DNA of 64,000 bases, taken from an uncultured Mycoplasma sp. (GTDB lineage Bacteria; Bacillota_I; Bacilli_A; RF39; UBA660). The notes beneath the pieces are model-generated. The model made no database searches, had not been told where the DNA came from, and worked only from the letters and a program-made list of their open reading frames with translations. The translations under genes were made by a program, and so were the position numbers. The stretch is from positions 75,252 through 139,251 of the forward strand of contig CANRTI010000001.1 of NCBI GenBank assembly GCA_947642635.1. Reading direction: 5' to 3'. This document shows positions 10,424 to 20,842 of the stretch, piece after piece (within the stretch, counting starts at the first letter, position 1; each line of letters opens with the position of its first letter).

Positions 10424-10537
10424 TTTTTCCTCCTATAAAAATTATATTATAATTGTGAAAATAGTTTATTGTCACAAATACCCACTATTTTATTTTTTTA
10501 CCCACATTTTACTCAGAGGTTGTGATATAATAAAAAT

Positions 10538-12046
10538 ATGGAACGAAAATATATTAAATTAAATAATAATTACAGTCATCTTTCATTAGGAAATATAATT
10601 ATTAATATTAAAAATGAAAGTAAAAATAAAACTTCTGCTATTCAGAGTGAGGTTTTTTGTGCAATTTTTAATATTGATTATATTAATGATTCGACAATTA
10701 ATAATTATTGTATTGGATCTAGAGGAATAGGTAATGATTATAAACAAATATATATTAATTTAAAAAAAAGATATTCTAGTAATAAATTAATTTTTATAGA
10801 TATTGTGTGTAATATTTTATCAATTATTAATGGAACTATTTTTGATTTAAAGAATATAGAGGCAATAAATGATAATCTTTCGTTAAAAAATATTTGTCAT
10901 AATTTATATAACATTAGTAAAAATGATTTTTATGTTTCTAAAGAAGCCACTAATTTGTTTAAAAATTTATTAAAAGAAAATAACTATTATGAACTATTTA
11001 TTGAATTTTTATTTTATGCAATATTAGAAAAAAAACAACCTTTGTATGAAGATGAGAAAACCAAAAATGTTATTGAAACTATTTTACAAAATACTGATAT
11101 TTCAGTAGTTGATTTACAAGACTTTTTAATATTAGAATTAAATGAAGGAATGAATTTTAGTCATTCATTAATAAATTTAGGAAATCAAAATAATCCCTAT
11201 GCTAACTATCATTTAGCAATAATGGAATATCGAGGAGAATTTAGTGGAGAACCTCGTTATGATAAAGCTTATGAATATTTTTTAAAATCCGCTAATGCTA
11301 ATCACCCTTCTGCTTGTTGGATGATTGGTAATATGATAATTAATGAAAAAATTGGCCATCAAGATTATAAAACTGCTATTTTGTATTTTGAAAAAGCTCA
11401 GGAACTAGGCAATATTGCAGCTATCAATTCACTAGGACTTTGTTATCAAAATGGCTTAGGAGTTAAAAAAGATTTAGATAAAGCTTTGAGTTTATTTCAA
11501 GAAGCTGCGAAAAAGAATTATGCTTATGCATTTAATAACTTAGGAATTCATTTTGAAAAAGAAAAAAATATTGTGGAAGCAAAAAAATATTTTTTAAAAA
11601 GTGCTAATTTAGGGGAAAGTTTTGCTTGTAATAAAATGGGAGAATATTATCGCCTCGAAAACAATTACAAAGAAGCTTTAAAATATTATCAAAAAGCTTT
11701 AAAGAGTCGTTTTAAAGAAATAACTCCTTGGGCATTTTATAATATTGCTAAATATTTTTATTTAATTGGTAATTTAGAAACAAACACTTTAAAAGATTCA
11801 AATATAGCTATTCAATATTTTGATAAATCTTCTTCTTTAATCGAATCTTTACAAGAATTATTATTAATTTATTTTGATAAATATCTTATATCTAATAAGC
11901 AAAATGATTTAGATAAAGTCTATGAATATAAGAAAAAAATTGAAGAACATCCAAAGTTTAGTAAAGATATTAAATGTTTTATTGATAATAGATTAAAAAA
12001 TATTATAGACAAAGAAAAAATAAAGCTTCCTATTGATATAAAATAA
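10538..12046 (+). CDS. Sel1-like repeat (TPR-type) protein with possible degenerate N-terminal HTH
   Basis: Repeated A..YF.KAA..G...A...LG.CY..G.G units between about aa 215 and 400. Confidence 0.7.
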   Translation: MERKYIKLNNNYSHLSLGNIIINIKNESKNKTSAIQSEVFCAIFNIDYINDSTINNYCIGSRGIGNDYKQIYINLKKRYSSNKLIFIDIVCNILSIINGTIFDLKNIEAINDNLSLKNICHNLYNISKNDFYVSKEATNLFKNLLKENNYYELFIEFLFYAILEKKQPLYEDEKTKNVIETILQNTDISVVDLQDFLILELNEGMNFSHSLINLGNQNNPYANYHLAIMEYRGEFSGEPRYDKAYEYFLKSANANHPSACWMIGNMIINEKIGHQDYKTAILYFEKAQELGNIAAINSLGLCYQNGLGVKKDLDKALSLFQEAAKKNYAYAFNNLGIHFEKEKNIVEAKKYFLKSANLGESFACNKMGEYYRLENNYKEALKYYQKALKSRFKEITPWAFYNIAKYFYLIGNLETNTLKDSNIAIQYFDKSSSLIESLQELLLIYFDKYLISNKQNDLDKVYEYKKKIEEHPKFSKDIKCFIDNRLKNIIDKEKIKLPIDIK

Positions 12047-12052
12047 GTTTTA

Positions 12053-12968
12053 TTAAATATAATTTATTAATTCATAGACTAAAGGAATAATGTCTTCTCT
12101 TTGTACAAAATTGGCAATTAATTTATCTTGTTCTTTTGTTATTATCAAACCAATTGTTTTATTATGAAATGGTTCTTTTATTTTCTCATCCACTAAATTC
12201 ATGTAAAACTCAATTTGTCCTTTATCTTCTTTTTCTAGTTTTCTTAATTTTAATTCGACTACAATAAAACAATTTATTTTATAATTAAATAATAAAATAT
12301 CTATATAATAATTTTTATTGTTCTCATCATTTATTTTATATTGGTTTCCTACTAGAGTGTACCCTTCTCCTAGTTGATTAAAAAAGGTTTTTATTTGGGA
12401 TAAGATAATTACTTCTAAATCTTGTTCTTTAGCTATTATTGTTTTACTAGGTATACTTATTAAGATTGGATTTTTCATATTTTCTTTAATTGTTAATTTA
12501 GAAGGATAATTAGTAATTTCAATTTTGTCTGGTTTAGCAATTAATCTTTCATAAGAATTATTTTTTATCTCTTTTTGTAACTCTCTGGAACTTAATTTTT
12601 TACTAATACATAAATTGAGATAATAATTTCTTTTGTTTTCATCTTTGATGGGTAATAATATTCTTATATTAGTCCAAGAAAGGTGCCTCACTGCGGCACT
12701 TTTTGAAAACAATAAATAAAATTTTCGATATCTTTTTAAATTTGTTATATTATATCCATTACCATATTTTTCAGTTAATTTAACTGACCACTTTTTTATT
12801 AGTTCATTTCCGTACTTAGCTCTTTTCTCACCACCTTCTCGCTTCTACTATAATTTTTCCTATATGCCAATAACTACTTACATTTTCATAGTTTTCTTCT
12901 AGTATTCTGGCTTTTTTATTTACTTCATTTTTCTTTATTATATTTTCTACTGCATTATAATAATTCAT
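12053..12968 (-). pseudogene. DUF1016/YhcG-type PD-(D/E)XK nuclease gene, frameshifted (copy 1)
   Basis: N-terminal frame MNYYNAVENIIKK...YWHIGKIIVEARRW stops. It continues in another frame as GGEKRAKYGNELIKKWSVKLTEKYG...SAAVRHLSWTNIR, then into the 219-aa ORF with C-terminal nuclease core IDILLFN...VVELK. Confidence 0.75.
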
Positions 12969-13066
12969 TTATTCCTTCTTTCTATTAAAAAAAATATAGA
13001 TAACTTTTTATCATTATCTATATCCTTTGTTAGAAGTATATCATATTCTTCGCTTTTGTCAATAAA
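12061..13066. repeat. ~1-kb direct repeat, copy 1 (partner 38928-39910)
   Basis: By-eye alignment at an offset of 26867 nt. Identical over 12061-12640, divergent over about 12641-12770, a few SNPs up to about 12900. Copy 1 has a 23-bp extra segment near 13030-13052. Confidence 0.9.
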
Positions 13067-13072
13067 TGGTAA

Positions 13073-14527
13073 TTACTCATTATTTTTAAAAACCTCTTGA
13101 ATCATTTGTTTGGCAGTATTTACTGATTCTTCTTTAGGTTTCATAACATATAATTTTGTTTTCTTATAAGTATACGTATATTCTGATGCATCAATTCCCG
13201 TTAAAGTATTACTAGTGATTTGCCAATCTCTTGGGCTGACAAGTTCTTTTTTGATAAAACTAGTCATTGAACCAGTACTCATGTTTGTAACAAAAGCACC
13301 ATTTAAAGAATTTAATAAACTGTTATATTTTTTAATAATATCTTTACTCATTGCTTTTTTCATTAACGCTTCTAAAACTTTAACTTGATTTTTTCCCCTT
13401 CCTAAGTCGCCTCCTGTAACATGATGTCTTTCACGAACAAATACTAGCGCTTCTTTACCTTTCAAAGTTATATTGCCTTTTTTAAAATAATAAGGTTTAA
13501 AATTATCATCAACATCATAACCTGTAAACGCTTCCTCATTATATACAGTAATTCCTCCAAGAATATCCACTACTTTAATAACTGAAGTAAAATTAACTTT
13601 AACGTAATAATTAATATCAATATTTAATAATTTTTCGGCAGCATAAATACTTGAATCAATACCATATATACCAGCATGTGTTAATTTGTCTTTATAATTA
13701 CTATTATTAATAAAAACATAATAATCTCGAGGAATCCAAGTAATTAAAATCTTCTCTGTTTTAGGATTTATACTAACAACCATATTAACATCACTTCTAG
13801 ATGAAGAATTAATTTTGCCAAAAGTATCAATACCACTTATATAAATATTGAAAGAATCTTCATTAATATTTGTTTGATCTTGTAAATCTTTAATACTTCC
13901 TTTAACTTCTACTTTATATATTTCTTTTAAATTATTAAATTTTTCTGAATCTTCTTCTTTTAATAAATCTAATTCACTCTTTTCTAAAATAATACCTGCC
14001 ACTTCATTATTCATTAAACTATCAATTAGGGTATTTAAATCTTCTAAAGTTGTATATTTCAAATGAACTTTTTTCTTAATTTTGTCTTGGGCTTTTTTTA
14101 ATAATTCATCACTATTGCTAGCATTTAAACCTACTTTTTCATTTTCTAAATCACTAATTTTATTATAATCATTTGTTTTTAGTACCATGACACTGTAATT
14201 TTTAATTTCATAATTACCATCTGATATACTAAATAAAAATCCTAAGGTATTATAAAGATAAAATTCACCAATTAAAGAAGTTAAGATAATTAAAATACTA
14301 AAAAAGTAACCAATAATCCGAAATCCTTTTTTTCTACTTAAATTACACATTAATAAAACAAAGATAATGCCTAAGGCTAAAATAAAAGCAATTATTGTAT
14401 AAATTAAGGGGATTATATTTAATGAAAAAATCATACCAAACAAGATTAGAACGATAATTAATAAAATAAAAGTAATAATACGACCAATTTTTTTATAACT
14501 TTTTTTCTTTTTTTGTGTTTTCTCCAT
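13073..14527 (-). CDS. LytR-CpsA-Psr (LCP) family cell-wall glycopolymer transferase
   Basis: N-terminal TM helices. LCP core SRSDVNMVVSINP ... IPRD ... HAGIYG ... RERH. Confidence 0.85.
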   Translation of the reverse strand: MEKTQKKKKSYKKIGRIITFILLIIVLILFGMIFSLNIIPLIYTIIAFILALGIIFVLLMCNLSRKKGFRIIGYFFSILIILTSLIGEFYLYNTLGFLFSISDGNYEIKNYSVMVLKTNDYNKISDLENEKVGLNASNSDELLKKAQDKIKKKVHLKYTTLEDLNTLIDSLMNNEVAGIILEKSELDLLKEEDSEKFNNLKEIYKVEVKGSIKDLQDQTNINEDSFNIYISGIDTFGKINSSSRSDVNMVVSINPKTEKILITWIPRDYYVFINNSNYKDKLTHAGIYGIDSSIYAAEKLLNIDINYYVKVNFTSVIKVVDILGGITVYNEEAFTGYDVDDNFKPYYFKKGNITLKGKEALVFVRERHHVTGGDLGRGKNQVKVLEALMKKAMSKDIIKKYNSLLNSLNGAFVTNMSTGSMTSFIKKELVSPRDWQITSNTLTGIDASEYTYTYKKTKLYVMKPKEESVNTAKQMIQEVFKNNE

Positions 14528-14620
14528 AAGCTTCTCCTTGTTAATTATTATAGCAAAAATACGCGATAATATGGCAATTTAAGATATTCTTAAGAAATTA
14601 TTGTGACAAAATTGTGTCAA

Positions 14621-14646
14621 ATAAAAAAAGATGATAACTCATCTTT
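14621..14646 (-). terminator. rho-independent terminator
   Basis: On the minus strand AAAGATGA-gtta-TCATCTTT followed by a T-run. Overlaps the stop of the 14645-14998 gene. Confidence 0.6.
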
Positions 14647-14998
14647 AATCAATTTTTTTAGACCATAAACCATGATTATTACAATAAGCATATATTTCAC
14701 TATTAGGAATATATTTAAATTTTGCCGTAGGCATGCTATCTGGTAAAAGTTCCACTTTAGTTATTTCTTCACCATTAACAAGAGCAATAAAAGTTATATA
14801 ATGATCTTGACTCATAGGATGAAGAATTTCTCCTACTTGAACTAGGACTTCATTATCCTTTATTTCACAAAAAGGAATGTGTTTTTCAATAGCAGCTTCT
14901 TTTGTATTTGGCACTAATTCTTGTAAATTTTCTCCACAACAATTGGCATTAGAGTTATTTAGAACATTACCACATTTAGGACATAAATAAAATTTCAT
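14645..14998 (-). CDS. desulfoferrodoxin / superoxide reductase
   Basis: N-terminal CPKCGN...CCG desulforedoxin-like Cys cluster, then EKHIPF, HPMSQDHYI and CNNHGLW, the SOR centre II ligand motifs. Confidence 0.8.
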   Translation of the reverse strand: MKFYLCPKCGNVLNNSNANCCGENLQELVPNTKEAAIEKHIPFCEIKDNEVLVQVGEILHPMSQDHYITFIALVNGEEITKVELLPDSMPTAKFKYIPNSEIYAYCNNHGLWSKKID

Positions 14999-15052
14999 AT
15001 TTGTACTACCTCTTTTCTAGTTCATTATAAACTTTTTTAGAAAATAATACAA

Positions 15053-16216
15053 TTAGTTTTTGATTATTTTTTTCCCAGATAAACTCATTTCAAAATTTCT
15101 TTTAAAATAATCCCAAAGATTAGCTTTTAAAACGTCTTCTTTAACTGTAATATCTACTTCTTTAATAATATTATTTTCATTATCAATTATTTCAGCAGTT
15201 CCTACTTTTTCACCTTTTTTGACTGGAGCAACTATTTTGTCAACTTTGACATTAATAGTATATTCTTTATTTTTATCATTAACATTAAGTAATTCTGTAG
15301 CATCATCCATTAAAATTATTTCAATCCGATCTTTTTTACCTTTTTCAATTCTTACTTCATCAATAATTTTATTTTTTTCATAAATAGTTGATAATTTATA
15401 GGAATTAAAACCATAATTTAACATTTTAACCGTATCACTAGTTCTATTATCAGAAGTATCAACTCCCATAACAACTCCAACTAATCGCATATTATTTTTT
15501 TTAGCAGTTGAAGTTAAACAATAACCAGCAGTCGATGTAAACCCCGTTTTTAAACCATCAACATCATCATAAAAACGAACTAATTTATTTGTGTTGACTA
15601 ACCAAGTACTTGAACCATCTGGTCTTTTTAAATAATCTTCATAAGTACTTGTATATTCTAAAATTTCGGGATAATTTTCCACTAAATAAACACCCATTAA
15701 AGCCATATCTCGAGCACTACTATAATGTCCTTCGGCATCTAAACCATGCGGATTAACGAAGTTGGTATGAGTACAACCTAATTCCTTACATTTATTATTC
15801 ATCATTTCTACAAATTTTTCTGTTGTACCACCAATTTTTTCACTCATTGCCACTACAGCATCATTTGCAGAAGCAATAGCAATCGATTTAATTAATTCTT
15901 GAACTTTATAAGTTTCACCAACATTTAAATATACTTGACTACCACCCATACTTGATGCATTTTCACTAATAACTACTTGATCATCTAATTTAAGACTACC
16001 ATTATGAATGGCATCCATAATTAAAATCATGCTCATTATTTTAGTCATACTAGCAGGAGCTTTCTCTTGATCAGCTTCTTTTTCATATAAAATTTTACCA
16101 GTAGAAGTTTCAATTAAAATAGCACTTTGGCTATATTCAACTAAATCTTCTGCTATAACACTTGTAATTCCTAAAAAGAAAAAACTAAATAACACTATTA
16201 TTTTTTTCATAAACAC
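15053..16216 (-). CDS. D-alanyl-D-alanine carboxypeptidase (PBP5-type, S11)
   Basis: Signal peptide. SMTKIM (SxxK), SANDA (SxN), KTGFT (KTG). Confidence 0.9.
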   Translation of the reverse strand: MFMKKIIVLFSFFFLGITSVIAEDLVEYSQSAILIETSTGKILYEKEADQEKAPASMTKIMSMILIMDAIHNGSLKLDDQVVISENASSMGGSQVYLNVGETYKVQELIKSIAIASANDAVVAMSEKIGGTTEKFVEMMNNKCKELGCTHTNFVNPHGLDAEGHYSSARDMALMGVYLVENYPEILEYTSTYEDYLKRPDGSSTWLVNTNKLVRFYDDVDGLKTGFTSTAGYCLTSTAKKNNMRLVGVVMGVDTSDNRTSDTVKMLNYGFNSYKLSTIYEKNKIIDEVRIEKGKKDRIEIILMDDATELLNVNDKNKEYTINVKVDKIVAPVKKGEKVGTAEIIDNENNIIKEVDITVKEDVLKANLWDYFKRNFEMSLSGKKIIKN

Positions 16217-16306
16217 CTCTTACTAATTTTTATGCTTATTTTAAAATAATATTTATTTAGTTGAATTTTTCTATTACATTTTTAATTAATTTATAATCTT
16301 TAGAGA

Positions 16307-16864
16307 TTAATTATTTATTTCATAAGGAATTAATTGATCTTTTTTGACTAAATATGCTTTTTTAGCAATTTCAAACATAGGAATATCAGTTAAAGAATCT
16401 GAATAAGCATTAGCAACTTTGGCATTAGGAAATACTTCCCGAAACCGTTTTATTTTTTCAGGGCCTTTGCAATTTCGACCAATGATACTCCCTTTTTTTA
16501 AATCAAATTTAGTAGCAATAATATTTTTGATGCCTAAGCTACGACAAAAAGGTTCAATTATAAAATCAAAAGAGGCAGATATTATGACATCATCTTTTTG
16601 CTGATTTTCTAAATAAAAATTTTTAATATTTTTTTGGTACTTAATAATAAAATTATTTATATAATCATCCCAATTGGGAATATCTTTAACAAAACTAAAC
16701 ATTTTACTTTTAACAATTCCAATACTAGAACCACAAATTAATTCCCAACCGCCTTTAAAAAGACAACTAATTACTAAAAAAGGATGTCTTTTTAAACTAT
16801 AAAGAATAAATTTCTTAGATGAATCACCAGCAAAAATAGTATCATCAAAATCATATATATTCAT
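16307..16864 (-). CDS. HAD-superfamily (IB-like) phosphatase
   Basis: N-terminal DFDDT motif I and C-terminal YSDSLTD motif. Start abuts the xfp stop. Confidence 0.65.
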   Translation of the reverse strand: MNIYDFDDTIFAGDSSKKFILYSLKRHPFLVISCLFKGGWELICGSSIGIVKSKMFSFVKDIPNWDDYINNFIIKYQKNIKNFYLENQQKDDVIISASFDFIIEPFCRSLGIKNIIATKFDLKKGSIIGRNCKGPEKIKRFREVFPNAKVANAYSDSLTDIPMFEIAKKAYLVKKDQLIPYEINN

Positions 16865-19201
16865 CTATAACTCCCAATTTCTAATTTCATCAATATCAAT
16901 TCCTTCTTTAACAATATAACTTTGATGAATTCTTAATTTTTTGTGCATTAATAATTTAGTTTTTTTTGTTTCTTCAGTTTCCTTAGTATATTTTAATACA
17001 TCTAATACTAAATTATAACGATCTATTTTATTTTGAACACGCATATCAAAAGGAGTTGTAATAGTTCCTTCTTCATTATAACCATGAACATGTAAGTTAT
17101 GATTAGTACGATTATAAGTTAGTTCATGAATTAAATTTGGATAACCATGGAAGGCAAATATAATCGGTTTGTCAGTAGTAAATAATTTATCGTAATCACT
17201 ATTTTTTAAACCATGAGGATGTTTTTCTTTACTTTGTAAACGCATTAAATCAATAATATTTATTACTCTAGTTTTTATATTTGGGCAGTACTCTTTTAAA
17301 ATCTTAGCAGCAGCGATAGTTTCTAATGTTGGTGTATCACCACAGCAAGCTAAAATAACATCAGGATTTTGATAATTATTAGACGCCCATTTGAAAATTC
17401 CTAGCCCTTTTTGGCAATGTTTATTAGCTTCTTCTTGATTAAGCCACTGAATACTTGGATGTTTAGATGCTACTATAACATTTATATAATCTTTAGTTTT
17501 AATTATGTGATCAAATGTTGATAGCAATGTATTAGCATCAATAGGAAAATACATTCTTACAATATCGGCTTTTTTGGTTGCTAAATGATTTAAAAATCCG
17601 GGATCTTGATGCGTATAACCATTATGATCTTGTTGCCATATATGACTAGTTAAAATATAGTTTAGACTGGCAATCGGTTTACGCCAAGGAATTTCTTTAG
17701 TTACTTTTAACCACTTAGCATGTTGACTAGCCATGGAATCAATTATTCTAATAAAAGCTTCATAACTATGCATAAATCCATAACGTCCCGTTAAAAGATA
17801 TCCTTCTAACATCCCCTCACAAACGTGTTCAGATAAAAAACTATCAATAATACTACCCTCACTATTTAAAAATTCATCACTCGCGAATTTTTCAGCATTC
17901 CATTTACGGTTAGTAACTTCAAAAACATAATTAAGACGATTAGATAATGCTTCATCAGGGCCAAAAATTTTAAAGTTATGGTTATTTAATTTGATTAAAT
18001 CTTTAATATAGCTTCCCAAAACTCGCATATCTTCGGCTTTGGTTTTTCCTCTTTCTATTTCAACTTGATATTTTTTATAATCCGGTGTGATAATCTCTTT
18101 TAAAATTAATCCACCATTAGTTTTAGGATTTGCACTCATTCTTTTGTTACCGATTGGAGCTAGCTTAATTATTTCTTCTTTTATCTTTCCATTTTCGTTA
18201 AATAATTCTTCGGGATGATAGCTTCTTAACCATTTTTCTAAAATATTTAAATCATCCTGGATTTTAGAAAAATTAATTGGGACTTGATGCGAACGAAATG
18301 TTCCTTCAACATCTTTTTCATATAAAACTTTAGGGCATGTCCATCCTTTACGAGATTTGAAAATAAGCATTGGATAAATTGGGCGTTCAAATTCTTTATT
18401 ATTTTTAGTATATTCTTTAATAATTTTATATTTTTGAACTACTTTTTCCAAAGCAGAAGCCATTATTTCATGATAATTATTTTTGTCAATAACATCAACA
18501 ATAATAGGATCCCAACCACACCCTTTGAAAAAATTAATTCTTTCTTGTTCACTAATTCTAGCAAAAATTGTGGGATTAGCAATTTTATAACCATTTAAAT
18601 GCAAAATTGGTAAAACAAAACCATCTTTATTAGGATTTAAAAATTTATTGCAATGCCAAGAAGTGGCAAGTGGGCCAGTTTCAGCTTCTCCATCACCAAT
18701 GACACATGCTACAATTAAATTCGGATTATCTAAAGCAGCTCCAAAGGCATGACTTAAACTATAACCTAATTCTCCCCCTTCATTAATCGAACCAGGAACT
18801 TCGGGAGCTACATGACTAGATGTACCACCAGGAAAAGAAAAATTTTTAAATAATTTTTGTAATCCTTTTTCATCTTGGGTAAATTCTGGATAAATTTCAG
18901 AATAAGTACCTTCAATATAACTATTAGCAATCATTGCTTGCCCACTATGACCTGGGCCAGAAATATAAAACATATCTAAATCATATTTTTGAATAATGCG
19001 ATTTAAGTGTGTATATATAAAATTTTGACCTGGGGCACTTCCCCAATGCCCAACTAATTTTTTCTTTATATCACTTTCTTTTAAATTTCTTTTTAAAAGC
19101 GGATTATCTTTTAAATAAAGCATTCCTAAAGACATATAATTACAAACACGAAAATATTTATCTAATAATTCTACTTCTTTTTCTGTTAATACTTTTTCCA
19201 T
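16865..19201 (-). CDS. xfp: xylulose-5-phosphate/fructose-6-phosphate phosphoketolase
   Basis: 778 aa. GHWG..PG, EGGELGY and GDGEAETGP signatures of ThDP-dependent phosphoketolase. Confidence 0.92.
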   Translation of the reverse strand: MEKVLTEKEVELLDKYFRVCNYMSLGMLYLKDNPLLKRNLKESDIKKKLVGHWGSAPGQNFIYTHLNRIIQKYDLDMFYISGPGHSGQAMIANSYIEGTYSEIYPEFTQDEKGLQKLFKNFSFPGGTSSHVAPEVPGSINEGGELGYSLSHAFGAALDNPNLIVACVIGDGEAETGPLATSWHCNKFLNPNKDGFVLPILHLNGYKIANPTIFARISEQERINFFKGCGWDPIIVDVIDKNNYHEIMASALEKVVQKYKIIKEYTKNNKEFERPIYPMLIFKSRKGWTCPKVLYEKDVEGTFRSHQVPINFSKIQDDLNILEKWLRSYHPEELFNENGKIKEEIIKLAPIGNKRMSANPKTNGGLILKEIITPDYKKYQVEIERGKTKAEDMRVLGSYIKDLIKLNNHNFKIFGPDEALSNRLNYVFEVTNRKWNAEKFASDEFLNSEGSIIDSFLSEHVCEGMLEGYLLTGRYGFMHSYEAFIRIIDSMASQHAKWLKVTKEIPWRKPIASLNYILTSHIWQQDHNGYTHQDPGFLNHLATKKADIVRMYFPIDANTLLSTFDHIIKTKDYINVIVASKHPSIQWLNQEEANKHCQKGLGIFKWASNNYQNPDVILACCGDTPTLETIAAAKILKEYCPNIKTRVINIIDLMRLQSKEKHPHGLKNSDYDKLFTTDKPIIFAFHGYPNLIHELTYNRTNHNLHVHGYNEEGTITTPFDMRVQNKIDRYNLVLDVLKYTKETEETKKTKLLMHKKLRIHQSYIVKEGIDIDEIRNWEL

Positions 19202-19291
19202 CTTATCACCCTATCATTAATATTATAAAGGATAAATTCTATGGAAACAATTGCAAATAAGCAAAAAGAAAGATATTTGACTATATTTTTT

Positions 19292-20083
19292 CTAATTATT
19301 TTTTACTTTTTTCTTGGGAATAAAATTATTAACAAATTTATACTTATCACGATTATGAATATATAAATAGCCGAAAATACTAAAACAAATAGCACCAATA
19401 AAATTAACTATTAAATCTTTCATCGTATCAATTATTCCAACATCTAAATATCCAGAAAATTCTGCTAATACTTGATTATTTGTGTCATATAAAATTGTTT
19501 TATCAATATCTTTTACAACAATTGGTTTATTACTTTTAGTTATATCTAAATTAACAGTTGATATCGTACGAACAATTCGATCTTTTTGCATATCCGTCAA
19601 GAAAAATTGGTCCATCGAAAATTCAAAAAATTCCCAAATAACTCCAATAGTCATCGAAAAACAAAAAGCAACTATCGCAACAAATAAAGGCGATAATTTA
19701 ATTAAAGAACTATTTTCATTTAATAAATCAATTAGAGAAAAACCCACACCAGCACATAAAAAACCATTGATTGTATGAAGAATTGTATCCCACTCGGGAA
19801 TATGCATATAAAAATTATTTATTTCCCCAAGAATTTCAGCTGAAAAAATAAAACATAAAATGATTATTTCTAATCCATTAGGAATTTTTATTTCAAATTT
19901 TTCTTGAATGAAAAAAGGAATTGTAAATAAAAATAATGATAATAAACATAAAAAAGCATTATCCCATTCCCTCAAAAATATTTGTCTTACAAAAGTTATA
20001 AGAACTAAACTTCGTAAGATAATATAAACCATTAATAATTTTTTATCATTTTCGCGATAAGCAACTTTAATTTTTTTCCACAT
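19292..20083 (-). CDS. hypothetical polytopic membrane protein
   Basis: 263-aa ORF with about 6 hydrophobic segments. Family not recognised. Confidence 0.4.
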   Translation of the reverse strand: MWKKIKVAYRENDKKLLMVYIILRSLVLITFVRQIFLREWDNAFLCLLSLFLFTIPFFIQEKFEIKIPNGLEIIILCFIFSAEILGEINNFYMHIPEWDTILHTINGFLCAGVGFSLIDLLNENSSLIKLSPLFVAIVAFCFSMTIGVIWEFFEFSMDQFFLTDMQKDRIVRTISTVNLDITKSNKPIVVKDIDKTILYDTNNQVLAEFSGYLDVGIIDTMKDLIVNFIGAICFSIFGYLYIHNRDKYKFVNNFIPKKKVKNN

Positions 20084-20135
20084 CTTTATAATACTTCCTT
20101 TTGCTAATTATACCATGTAACATTTTTTTATGCTA

Positions 20136-20162
20136 TCAAAAAACCATAATTGCTTATGGTTT
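20136..20162 (-). terminator. rho-independent terminator after the CotZ-like gene
   Basis: AACCATAA-gcaa-TTATGGTT followed by a T-run on the minus strand, about 23 nt after the stop. Confidence 0.7.
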
Positions 20163-20184
20163 CTATTTACACATTCATTTTTAA

Positions 20185-20631
20185 CTAACAAACACAATCA
20201 ACATATGTATCAGATAAGCATCTTATACTACATAAGCAGCTGCAATCCATTGTAAAGAATGAGTTTGTGGCTACATATGGATATAATGACGTAGAATCAG
20301 TATTATCAGCAAGAACTCTAAAAGTACAACAATTACCTTCAATTTTTTCAACTCTAAATACTGAACTACAAGATCCACTGTTACCTTGACCGCTACAATT
20401 TACTGTTGTATCTTTGCTAATTGGCATACTCCAAGGAGTTCCATTTCCACAACAGGTATATAGCATCACTGGTCTTGTGTTACATACTAAACAATTACTA
20501 CCGCCACCAAGCATTGGTCTGTCACAAGTATCTAAACAATTATCTGGACAAGCATTTTCTTGAAGAACTAAAATGATACTTAAAATTTCATTAATACAAT
20601 TTCCAGAATTTTTTGAATTATTATTATTCAT
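20185..20631 (-). CDS. Cys-rich CotZ/CotY-family (spore coat/exosporium-type) protein
   Basis: 148 aa. NCINEILSIILVLQE, NTRPVMLY, VFRVEKIEGNCCTFRVL and DCSCLCSIRCL mirror my recollection of B. subtilis CotZ (FRVERV..., DLDCFCAINCL). Confidence 0.6.
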   Translation of the reverse strand: MNNNNSKNSGNCINEILSIILVLQENACPDNCLDTCDRPMLGGGSNCLVCNTRPVMLYTCCGNGTPWSMPISKDTTVNCSGQGNSGSCSSVFRVEKIEGNCCTFRVLADNTDSTSLYPYVATNSFFTMDCSCLCSIRCLSDTYVDCVC

Positions 20632-20842
20632 CTTTTCACCCTTTCATGTATTCTCATTATTAATTTATGATTGTTTTTAGAAATAGTGATATTTTAGATG
20701 AATAATGTTTAATTTTTAAATATAAAATATTTTGTTCCTATGTGGACGATATATTATGATTTAATATTTTTAACTAATCTCCAATTTATATAGATATCAC
20801 CATCTTTTAGAACAAATTGATTTTAATAGATAATATATCCAC

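Noticed and set aside
10453-10477. TTGTGA-N13-TCACAA inverted repeat in the divergent promoter region between the symporter and the Sel1 gene (CRP/FNR-like half sites).
   Set aside because: The 13-nt spacing does not fit the TGTGA-N6-TCACA class. A single occurrence in AT-rich DNA cannot be assigned to a regulator.
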